A stretch of DNA of 64,000 nucleotides from Nanobdellota archaeon (GTDB lineage Archaea; Nanobdellota; Nanobdellia; Pacearchaeales; GW2011-AR1), in contig JBMOLG010000010.1 of NCBI GenBank assembly GCA_049324275.1, positions 70,266-134,265 of the forward strand, given 5' to 3'. Within the stretch, counting starts at the first letter, position 1. Each line of letters starts with the position of its first letter. Shown here piece by piece: positions 8,793 through 17,272 of the stretch. Below the pieces are notes generated by a model. That model was not told where the DNA came from. It saw only the letters and a program-made list of their open reading frames with translations, and searched no databases. The translations under genes and the position numbers were made by a program.

Positions 8793-9781
8793 TGCTGTTT
8801 TTAAAGATTAATTCTAAAATGAGACTGCTTTATACTTACCTAATTTTTTTATTTCTTCTATTTGTACTTCCCTGCTTCTGCAGGGCGGAAGAGAATTTAT
8901 CGTTGGGGATTAACGTGCAAAATGAATATGGTCTTAATGAGAATGTATTAATTGAGTTTAATATATCTTCAAAACAGGACCTGAATGCGGTTGCATTGGC
9001 TGAAATTACTCCCCAGGATTTTTCTAATGATTTTACTCCTTACGGCCAGAATATTGATTTAGAAGCGGGAGGCGCCTTCACTTTCAATTATTCTTTTTAT
9101 GCAAGCATTCCTGGAACATATAAAGTCAGCATAATAATCATTGACGGAGAAGGAAAAATTTTAGGAGCAAACCAAACTTATTTTGATGCAGTAAATGAGA
9201 TTTCTGAAGAGCCAGAAGAAATTAAATTACTGATTAACTTTTGTAAATATCCTGATTGTTTTGAAGAAACAACGATTTTTACCCAATCGGAAAAGGTTTT
9301 TTTAAATTATGACACGAATTCTGAAGAATTAAACATAGACGCCAATTTAATTTATCCTGATAAAACGTCATATAAAATTATTTTACCTACTTCAATAAAC
9401 CCCGAGCAAATAGGAGATTATGAACTGCAAATAATTGCGTATAAAGAAGGTTCTACTCCCATTACTTTATCAAAACAATTTTCAGTTATTGAATTTAATG
9501 AGGAAGTTTTTTCTCCCGATACTGATTCGGCAAACCCTGAAAATACTGAAGAGCTTTTAGAAATTCAAGAATCGGAGAATAAGAATTTGACTATCAATGT
9601 TCAAGCTGAGGAAATTGATAAGGTTAATGAAACAAAAAATATTCAAGAAAAAGATCAAAACAATTTTTTTTCAAAGAATAAGAACGGGTTTTTAATTTTG
9701 GGAATTTTAATTTTAATCATTTTTATCTTAGCAGGAATTCCAATTTTAAAAAATACGATGACTAAAATTAAATCAAGATAG
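8792..9781 (+). CDS. Surface protein with signal peptide, Ig-like beta domains and C-terminal TM anchor
   Basis: N-terminal hydrophobic signal, acidic beta-rich body, C-terminal TM plus basic tail. Confidence 0.75.
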   Translation: MLFLKINSKMRLLYTYLIFLFLLFVLPCFCRAEENLSLGINVQNEYGLNENVLIEFNISSKQDLNAVALAEITPQDFSNDFTPYGQNIDLEAGGAFTFNYSFYASIPGTYKVSIIIIDGEGKILGANQTYFDAVNEISEEPEEIKLLINFCKYPDCFEETTIFTQSEKVFLNYDTNSEELNIDANLIYPDKTSYKIILPTSINPEQIGDYELQIIAYKEGSTPITLSKQFSVIEFNEEVFSPDTDSANPENTEELLEIQESENKNLTINVQAEEIDKVNETKNIQEKDQNNFFSKNKNGFLILGILILIIFILAGIPILKNTMTKIKSR

Positions 9782-9819
9782 CAGGATAAGTATTTAAACA
9801 CATTATCTTTTATTAAACA

Positions 9820-12800
9820 ATGAAAAAAGAAGGTTTGATAATTTTAGTTATTCTTTTCTCTATTTCTTTTGTTATGTCTTCTGGAATTGATTCTGAAATC
9901 AATAAATTAACAAATTATGCAGAAGAATATGAAACGGGAAATATTAATTATGTTCAATTTTTAATATATTCTTCTGCAATAAGGCAAAGAATGAATGTGG
10001 AATTAGGCGCTTTAGATCGGGAGCATGGTGGCGTTTTGACTGAAAAACAGCTTGAATCAGCTTTGGGAAAAGGGACAGAAACAACCGAGTGGGTGTGGGT
10101 TGAAAAAGAAGAAAAGGAAAAAAGGTTTGATAAGGAAATTCCTGTATGGAGAAAAATAATTTTTGATGGAAAAAAAATTCAAATTTTGCTAAATGCCTGG
10201 CCATCTCTTTTTGTTAAAAATGGCAAAGAACAACTTGTTTATAGATTAAATATTGAGACTAATTTTAAAAGAGCACAAGAAGAATTAAATATGCAAGATA
10301 AAATTTCCAACATTAAAAATCTAGCAGAGATTTATAATAAAGATCCAAGCCAAGAAAATGCAGAATCACTCGCAAAAGAAAGCGCAAATGCAGAAAAAAC
10401 TTTTGAATCTTTTTATAGACAGAATCAGGGCAAATGCGAAGACATAATGAGCTCTATTATCGGAGGGGAAAATAGAATGCCTGATCAGAATATGCTTGTT
10501 TACAAAATTGATTTTTATAAAGGAGAAAAATTTGATGGAATTATCTGGCTTGAAATGTGCGATGAATGTGAATGGAATTGGGTAAATGTAAATTTTTGGA
10601 TTGAAGGAAGAGGCATCAGGCAACCTGAGCCTGAAAAAAATTTTAACAAAGAAGCTGATATGCCTATTGAATCATTGAAGTCTGCAATTAAAGAAACTGT
10701 AACACAAATCCATGCTTCGTTAGAAAATGGGGATTATACTATGGCATTGTCTTTAAACAATAAATTGATGCAGTATAATGAGATCTGGAACAGAAAATCT
10801 AATGACGTATGGAAACAAATTGACCAACTTTATCCAAAAGATTTCAAGAATGAGCAAAAAGATGAATATTATTGGATAAAAGAAGAACAGTCAAAAAAGC
10901 AAAAAGAAAAAGAACTTAGGAAAATAAATTATGAAGAAAAGAAGCAATTTTATCTTGACTTGTTTTCTGAATATGATAAAAAAGAATTTTATTATACACA
11001 AATAAGATATGAGAAAAGACTTGTTGAAGCATTCCAAGATTTTGGGAAGGAATTATGTGATAATAACAAAGATGATAATAGCAATGAACAAATTGATTGT
11101 GCAGATGAACAATGCCTTGGAAAAATTTGCGGAAGACAAAAAATTTCAATTTCTGACGGGAATGAAACAAGAGAAGAATTTCAGGAATTATATTGCATTC
11201 AGGGCATTTGCCAGGCTAAGGCCGATAAAATAATTTCTAATCAGGCTATTTGCGGTAACCATATTTGTGAAGAAAATGAGACTGATAACTGCCTCGAAGA
11301 TTGTTCTAATTGCACTATATTCCCTCCATTAAATTGTTCAGGCCAGACTTTATTCAGTGGGGTGGATGGGTTAGGCTGTCCTTTACCGCCAATTTGCTTG
11401 AACGAAACCAATAATTGTGAGAAAGATGAAGATTGCATTCAGCCTTTATGCGGGGTATCGCAATGTCTTAATAATGAATGCGAAATAACCGAAATTCAAG
11501 AGTGCAAGGAGGCAGAATGCAATGAAAGTGAAGAAGTGATACATAATTGTAATTCGGGCGAGGAGATAATATTTGAAAAATGCTTAAATGGAGTATGGAT
11601 CCAAACAGGAGCAGAATGTTCTGGAGATTTTACTGAAAATATTTTACATGAAGAAATTTTGGGCGAGGAATGTATAGTTAAAGAAGACTGCGGTAATGAA
11701 AATGATGTATGCAGTAATGGAAGATGCATCCAAATTCCTGAATCAATTCGCATTAATGAACAAGGAAATCAGATTTTAGAAAGTGAAAATGCAAACGAAA
11801 TTTCTGAAGAGCCTCAAAATCTTCATTCAGAAAATAATCAAGATGATAAAATTGAAAATCAAAAAATACAAGAAAGCGATAATACTAAAACAAAATTGAA
11901 TGAAGAAGAAACAGAAAGTGCTCATCCTGAAATACAAGAACCTCAAGAACCTACTGGAATTATTTCAGTAACTGGATTTTTATTGAAAAAATTTAACTTT
12001 AAAATTTTAAGCTATAGTATAACCGGGCATTCAATTGAAGAGGGAGGGGATTCAAATTCCGAACCTGTTCCCGTTGAGGAGCCTTTAGCTCCTGAACCAC
12101 AAACTGAAGAACCTAGCCTTTTTATTAATGAAGACCCCCAACCAAATCCGGACCATCCTGTCCTGCCAAATGGAGATATGCCAGAGTCAGCTGATAGAAA
12201 TGATTTTAGGCCAGAAGACGAAAGGAGAGAAAATGAAGATAATCAAAGAGAAAGAGAAAATGAGAGAAGGCAGGAAGAAGAAAGAGAGAGAAGAAAAAAT
12301 GAATGCGAAACTATGTGCAAACAGAATTGTGAAAGAAACTTAATTATTCCCTGCGTCAGGCCTTGTATTGAAGAATCTAATTGTGGAAATGATTGTGATA
12401 AAGCAACGCAGGACTGCCGGGAAAAATGCAAATCTGAAAAAGATACAAGCTCTTGTGAAAATGATTGTGTTGAAAAATGTCTCAAGGGTGAAAATTTTTG
12501 GGAAGAGCCAAAACAAGAAGAGAAAAAAATGGAAAAAGGTGTTTATATGCTTCAGGGAGAATGCAGAAATATTCAGCAAAAAACAGATGCATTCATCTTT
12601 TTTGGAGGTTGGGGTGATCCTTTTGAAGAAGTACAATTTCTCAAAGAGAAATACCGTTCGGGGGGGGAAGCTGACTGGTGCAAACAAGACCTCGAAAATT
12701 TGGAAAAGCAAAGAGAAGAATTTGAAAAGGGATTTAATGAAGAATTAACAAAATGGTTCTTTGAAAAATATTTGGCAAATTCTGCAGAAGACTGGGAAGG

Positions 12801-13722
12801 ACACATTTCGGGCATTTTTGAATTATATTGGAAGGATGTTGAATTATCGAAACAAATGATGGATAGAATGAATTGCCTTGGGAAAAATGCCTTACCAAAG
12901 CATAATTTAATTAATGTCAGCTATGAAGCTGAATATGGAAAATTGGAATTTTGGGAAGAAAATAAGAAAATAAAGATGCCTCAATATGAACAAGAAATTG
13001 AAGTAATTTCTCCATACATGAAAATTTGGTTTTTTCCGCCAAGAGAATTTATAATTTCTGAAATGAAAAAATCAATGAAAAACCATGAATTTCCGGGATC
13101 TCCAGAAGAACAATTGGAAAGAGAAAAAGAAAACGGGCTAAATGAAGAAGAGATAGATTTAATCAAGCAAAACAAAGCATTTATGAAAAAGATAAAACAA
13201 ATAAGCGATAAATATAATGGGAATGTTGATGTTACGGTTCAATTTAAAGATTTTGAAAAAGATGAAGTGATTTTTAATTTATACGTTCAAATTAATGAAA
13301 ATGATATTTTAAAAATGGAACCTATGCTGCCTGAAGAGATTCCTGAACAAGACATTAACATTGAAATTGATTTTGATAAAATTTATTCATTGATTGATGA
13401 AAATCAAAGAAAAATGGAAGGAGAAAGAATTGAAAGTCCACCTTGGGATAAAAAAGCCCAGCCCTCCCAAAAAATAAAAGAAGTCGTAAATGGTGTTGAA
13501 ATGTATTTTAAGGTCAATAATATAATAAATTCAGCAAGGATTACTCCTAAATCTGAAGAAGCAGATGCAAGGAAATTGATTAAAGAATTTTTTAGCATGA
13601 TGAATAAAGAAGGAAAAAATAATAATCCTGAAGAAAATAATGAAGAAAAACCTGATGAAAATGAACAAAAAATTTTTGAATCAAAAGATGCAACAGGCAA
13701 AGTTATTTTGAATTTAAATTAG
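9820..13722 (+). CDS. Large secreted Cys-rich protein (1300 aa)
   Basis: Signal peptide; ELCDNNKDD..IDCADEQC and CGNHICE..NCLEDC modules; CxxxC arrays; acidic Pro-rich linker. Confidence 0.85.
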   Translation: MKKEGLIILVILFSISFVMSSGIDSEINKLTNYAEEYETGNINYVQFLIYSSAIRQRMNVELGALDREHGGVLTEKQLESALGKGTETTEWVWVEKEEKEKRFDKEIPVWRKIIFDGKKIQILLNAWPSLFVKNGKEQLVYRLNIETNFKRAQEELNMQDKISNIKNLAEIYNKDPSQENAESLAKESANAEKTFESFYRQNQGKCEDIMSSIIGGENRMPDQNMLVYKIDFYKGEKFDGIIWLEMCDECEWNWVNVNFWIEGRGIRQPEPEKNFNKEADMPIESLKSAIKETVTQIHASLENGDYTMALSLNNKLMQYNEIWNRKSNDVWKQIDQLYPKDFKNEQKDEYYWIKEEQSKKQKEKELRKINYEEKKQFYLDLFSEYDKKEFYYTQIRYEKRLVEAFQDFGKELCDNNKDDNSNEQIDCADEQCLGKICGRQKISISDGNETREEFQELYCIQGICQAKADKIISNQAICGNHICEENETDNCLEDCSNCTIFPPLNCSGQTLFSGVDGLGCPLPPICLNETNNCEKDEDCIQPLCGVSQCLNNECEITEIQECKEAECNESEEVIHNCNSGEEIIFEKCLNGVWIQTGAECSGDFTENILHEEILGEECIVKEDCGNENDVCSNGRCIQIPESIRINEQGNQILESENANEISEEPQNLHSENNQDDKIENQKIQESDNTKTKLNEEETESAHPEIQEPQEPTGIISVTGFLLKKFNFKILSYSITGHSIEEGGDSNSEPVPVEEPLAPEPQTEEPSLFINEDPQPNPDHPVLPNGDMPESADRNDFRPEDERRENEDNQRERENERRQEEERERRKNECETMCKQNCERNLIIPCVRPCIEESNCGNDCDKATQDCREKCKSEKDTSSCENDCVEKCLKGENFWEEPKQEEKKMEKGVYMLQGECRNIQQKTDAFIFFGGWGDPFEEVQFLKEKYRSGGEADWCKQDLENLEKQREEFEKGFNEELTKWFFEKYLANSAEDWEGHISGIFELYWKDVELSKQMMDRMNCLGKNALPKHNLINVSYEAEYGKLEFWEENKKIKMPQYEQEIEVISPYMKIWFFPPREFIISEMKKSMKNHEFPGSPEEQLEREKENGLNEEEIDLIKQNKAFMKKIKQISDKYNGNVDVTVQFKDFEKDEVIFNLYVQINENDILKMEPMLPEEIPEQDINIEIDFDKIYSLIDENQRKMEGERIESPPWDKKAQPSQKIKEVVNGVEMYFKVNNIINSARITPKSEEADARKLIKEFFSMMNKEGKNNNPEENNEEKPDENEQKIFESKDATGKVILNLN

Positions 13723-13773
13723 TATTATTTTAAACAATATTGGTTTTTTTATTTATTATCATACTATAGTTAT

Positions 13774-15282
13774 ATGGACATTGAAAATATTAAGAAATCT
13801 TATTGGATTGCATCTACAAACCAAAAAAATTATCCAAAATTAGCTGAAGACTTCTCAGTTGATGTCCTTGTTATAGGGGGAGGAATTTCAGGAATTATGA
13901 CTGCCTTTTATCTTAAACGGGCAAAATTTGATGTAGTTTTAATTGAAAGCGGAAAAATTTTAAGTTCTGTTACAGGGCATACAACTGCCAAAGCTACTTT
14001 TTGCCATGGGCTTATTTATCATTATTTAATTTCAAAATTTGGTGTAAAAAAAGCTTGGTTATATTTTAATTCAAATCAATCTGCAATAGATGAATTAGAA
14101 AGTCTTGTGAAAGATGAAAAAATCTCATGCGATTTTTCAAGACAGGCCTTTAATTTATATTCGCAAACCGATTCAGGATTAAAAAAACTTAAAGAAGAAT
14201 GGAAAGCACTAAAAAAATTAAAAATTCCAGCATCCTTCGAAAAAGAATATTTTTTTAATGAAACTAAAGGAAATATCAAAATAGAAAATCAAGCTATTTT
14301 TCATCCAAGAAAATTTCTTTTAGAAATTTCAAATAAATTTATCAAAGAAGGAGGAAAAATTTTTGAAAATACACGAGCTATTGAAGTAAAGAATGAAAAA
14401 ATTGCATTTGTAAAGACAAATTCTGGAAGAGTAATTAAGGCTAAGAATGTAGTCATTACTACAAATTATCCGATATTAAAAAAACCCGGAAAATTTTTTA
14501 TGAAACTTTATCCGAACGCATCGCATGCAATTTCAGTTCAAATAAAACAAAAATTTCCAAATGAAATGTTTTTTAGTGTTGATGAGAACGGGCTTTCATT
14601 TAGGAAACATAGATGGGGATCCAAAGAATTCATAATCATAAGCGGTGAAAGTCATAAAATAGGTGAAGAAAATTCATTTGAACATTATCAAAATTTAATA
14701 AATAAATCACAAAAATTTTTGAATGTGAAATCAATTGATTATGCTTGGTCAGCGCACGATGCGATGAGTGCTGATAAAATCCCTATTATCGGAGAGACTA
14801 CAAAATTTTCAAAAAATATCTTTATAGCAACAGGATTTTCAAAATGGGGCATGACAAAAGGAATTTTATCTGGAATGATAATAAGAGATATAGTCTTAAA
14901 AAGAAATAATCCCTGGATAGAATTATATAAGCCTTCACGTTCTATGGCAAATGTAGGAAAAAAAATTGTTAGAGAAAATATTTTTATTTTCAATAAATAT
15001 TTTGAAAGATTTCAAAAAATGAAATTTGATTTTTCTAATATTCAAAAAGATGAAGGAAAAATAATAGAGATTAATAAAAAAAAACTTGGAGTATATAAAG
15101 ATAAAAAAGGAAAAATTTTAGCAGTAAATCCATATTGCACTCATTTGGGATGTTTAGTACATTGGAATAATGCAGAGAAATCATGGGATTGCCCATGCCA
15201 TGGCTCAAGATATGATATTTTTGGAAATATTATTCGAGAACCTGCTGTCAATGGATTAAATAAGGAAGAAATCAAAAAGTAA
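13774..15282 (+). CDS. FAD-dependent oxidoreductase with C-terminal Rieske [2Fe-2S] domain (YhfW-like)
   Basis: VIGGGISG, TGHTTAK, GFSKWGMT, CTHLGC...CPCHGSRY. Confidence 0.93.
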   Translation: MDIENIKKSYWIASTNQKNYPKLAEDFSVDVLVIGGGISGIMTAFYLKRAKFDVVLIESGKILSSVTGHTTAKATFCHGLIYHYLISKFGVKKAWLYFNSNQSAIDELESLVKDEKISCDFSRQAFNLYSQTDSGLKKLKEEWKALKKLKIPASFEKEYFFNETKGNIKIENQAIFHPRKFLLEISNKFIKEGGKIFENTRAIEVKNEKIAFVKTNSGRVIKAKNVVITTNYPILKKPGKFFMKLYPNASHAISVQIKQKFPNEMFFSVDENGLSFRKHRWGSKEFIIISGESHKIGEENSFEHYQNLINKSQKFLNVKSIDYAWSAHDAMSADKIPIIGETTKFSKNIFIATGFSKWGMTKGILSGMIIRDIVLKRNNPWIELYKPSRSMANVGKKIVRENIFIFNKYFERFQKMKFDFSNIQKDEGKIIEINKKKLGVYKDKKGKILAVNPYCTHLGCLVHWNNAEKSWDCPCHGSRYDIFGNIIREPAVNGLNKEEIKK

Positions 15283-15880
15283 ATTCTACATCGCAATTTT
15301 CAGCAATCCAATCGTGATATTCCCCTGAACAATATTTTTGATTTTCTCTTGTTACAATGGGCATGCAATCAATTGTTTTTACATCAGGGCAAATGTATTC
15401 TCCCTCTGCGGTAAGTTTCCAATTTTTGAGTTTTATCATTATCTTTTCGTCATTGTCGTTTCTCTTTAAATGCACATTATAGCATCCGGTACAATTTTTA
15501 TATTCTACTTGTTCTATTGTAACAGAAGATGAGAATTCTGCAGAAGCTAAAAGAACCGCTTTTCTTTCATCTTTATCAAGCTCCCATTCTCTGACACAGG
15601 CATTTAATGTTGAATTCCACGAATACCCTGCAGGTATCAAGCACCCATGTTCATCTTTTTGTCCGCCAATTGTTTCATTTGATGTTATTGGCTCTGTAAA
15701 TTTTTTCCCCTCTGGCGTTGTGCATTCGTTCTGATGAACTTCTGTCACATTGTATCCCGCATTTATACATTCCTGATAATTAGTTATATTTTCTTGATTT
15801 TTATTGCTTAATATAACTCCCACAATTATGATCGCTGCTAAAATTGCAACGGCTCCGATGAGGATTGTTTTTTGTTCCAT
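15272..15880 (-). CDS. Membrane-anchored protein with three small Cys microdomains
   Basis: N-terminal TM; YQECINAGY..CTTPEGKKF, GGQKDEHGCLIPAGYSW..CVREWE, CP..IDCMP..C..W..NC. Confidence 0.8.
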   Translation of the reverse strand: MEQKTILIGAVAILAAIIIVGVILSNKNQENITNYQECINAGYNVTEVHQNECTTPEGKKFTEPITSNETIGGQKDEHGCLIPAGYSWNSTLNACVREWELDKDERKAVLLASAEFSSSVTIEQVEYKNCTGCYNVHLKRNDNDEKIMIKLKNWKLTAEGEYICPDVKTIDCMPIVTRENQKYCSGEYHDWIAENCDVEFTF

Positions 15881-15918
15881 GAAAACTATACATTTTCTAC
15901 ATATTTAAATTGTTTTAT

Positions 15919-15970
15919 AGGTTCAATTCTGATTGAACCTTTAACATTTTACATTTATTGTAATAAATGT
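15919..15970. repeat. Two adjacent perfect inverted repeats (intergenic)
   Basis: AGGTTCAAT-TCTG-ATTGAACCT (15919-15940) and ACATTTATT-GT-AATAAATGT (15951-15970). Confidence 0.6.
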
Positions 15971-16041
15971 TGTTCTTAGGGTAATAAATGAAACTATTTC
16001 TATAGTCAATACTAAAGTCGTGAATTTATTTTCTAAAATTT

Positions 16042-16401
16042 TTAATGTTCTTCACAGCATTGAAAGAAATAATTACATTTTCCTTGATGATTCAATGAAA
16101 TTAAATAAACTCCTTCATAAAAATTTTCAGCATCAGATTTATCTTGAAAGTTTAATTTCCATATAACTGTAAAATTATTTTTTTCTTTGTTGAACATTCT
16201 TAAATCTATCCCGATATTTGTTTGTAATTTAATTTCTTCCCATTGTTTTTTTATATCTTGAAAGTTTAATTTTTTGAATGGCGTTTCCCAGTATTCTACA
16301 TCCTCGCTAAATAGATCCAAGATTGTTTTTATGTCTTTGTCGATCCAAGATTGTTTAAATCTTTTTAGCCATATTTCAATATCAAGATTATCTTCTTCCA
16401 T
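16042..16401 (-). CDS. NTF2/SnoaL-like protein
   Basis: WL.RFKQSWIDKD....LFSEDVEYWETPF..I..QW..GVYLI.LN..GKC..F pattern. Confidence 0.85.
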   Translation of the reverse strand: MEEDNLDIEIWLKRFKQSWIDKDIKTILDLFSEDVEYWETPFKKLNFQDIKKQWEEIKLQTNIGIDLRMFNKEKNNFTVIWKLNFQDKSDAENFYEGVYLISLNHQGKCNYFFQCCEEH

Positions 16402-16470
16402 TTTAATTTGTTAACGAGATTTATTTAAAAATTATTAGGATACAGATTTTATTTTTTAACAAATTATCTT

Positions 16471-17217
16471 CTATAAAATTTCCCAGAGTTCATTAAAATA
16501 ATTTGCGAAAATCTTTGTTAACTGGGGAGATTCAATAAGAAAGCCGACAGGATTTTTTGACCAGGATATAAGAAGAATTTTATTGTGATATATACTAAGA
16601 TTTGAAGGAATAGGATAATCTGTTACTTTTATTTTTATTGGTCCTTTTCTTTTTTTAAGATATTTTTCATAGCCTTTTGTTATAATTGCTCTAGCAGGAA
16701 TATGCTTATAATCTCCACCTAAATCTAATTTGAAGAAAAATCTATCTATTTCTTCAGCAGTCTCTGAATCATATTTATGAAAAAAATAAGTTTCTTCTCT
16801 TCCATGAATTGGCACGCATAATTTTTGATAAGCTGTTTTTAATCCATTAAAACCACAAAATATTTCCGCATTTTGTTCTAATTCTTTGATTTTTTCTATT
16901 TTAGAAAGTTTTGGAATTAATTCTTTTATCTTTTGCTGTTTTATCATTAAGCTCTCTTGCTCTTTTTTTACCATTTCAAGAAGTGCTTCAGGGGGTGCAG
17001 GGTAATAGTATTTTACAGAATTTTTGATAACATAAGATATAATTCCTTTTTTGAATAGTTTTTCTAGGCAGTCGTGAGTATTTGATGAGCTTACCCCTGA
17101 GTGTTTTATTATTTCTCCTACTTTTGATTCTCCAAGATGTAAAAGGCTAAGATATACCGTTGCTTCTGCATTTGTAAATTCAAGTTCTTTTAATAAATGT
17201 TCTATTTTTGTTTCCAC
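16471..17217 (-). CDS. TrmB-family transcriptional regulator
   Basis: LKELEFTNAEATVYLSLL HTH, LEKLFKKGII; C-terminal effector domain (IYHNKI..IESPQL..F.ELW). Confidence 0.9.
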   Translation of the reverse strand: METKIEHLLKELEFTNAEATVYLSLLHLGESKVGEIIKHSGVSSSNTHDCLEKLFKKGIISYVIKNSVKYYYPAPPEALLEMVKKEQESLMIKQQKIKELIPKLSKIEKIKELEQNAEIFCGFNGLKTAYQKLCVPIHGREETYFFHKYDSETAEEIDRFFFKLDLGGDYKHIPARAIITKGYEKYLKKRKGPIKIKVTDYPIPSNLSIYHNKILLISWSKNPVGFLIESPQLTKIFANYFNELWEIL

Positions 17218-17241
17218 TCTATTGTTATCGTAGAGTTATTA

Positions 17242-17272
17242 TTTAAATATCTATTACTACCTATTAGTAGTA
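17242..17272 (+). promoter_or_regulatory. TATA box plus palindromic operator candidate TACTAC-N6-GTAGTA
   Basis: TTTAAATA at 17242-17249; palindrome 17255-17272 covers the leaderless start of the gene divergent from TrmB. Confidence 0.65.

Noticed and set aside
12210-12300. Purine-rich GAAAGAGAA-like repeats
   Set aside because: Explained by the E/R-rich charged helix of the 1300-aa protein; not a DNA-level repeat
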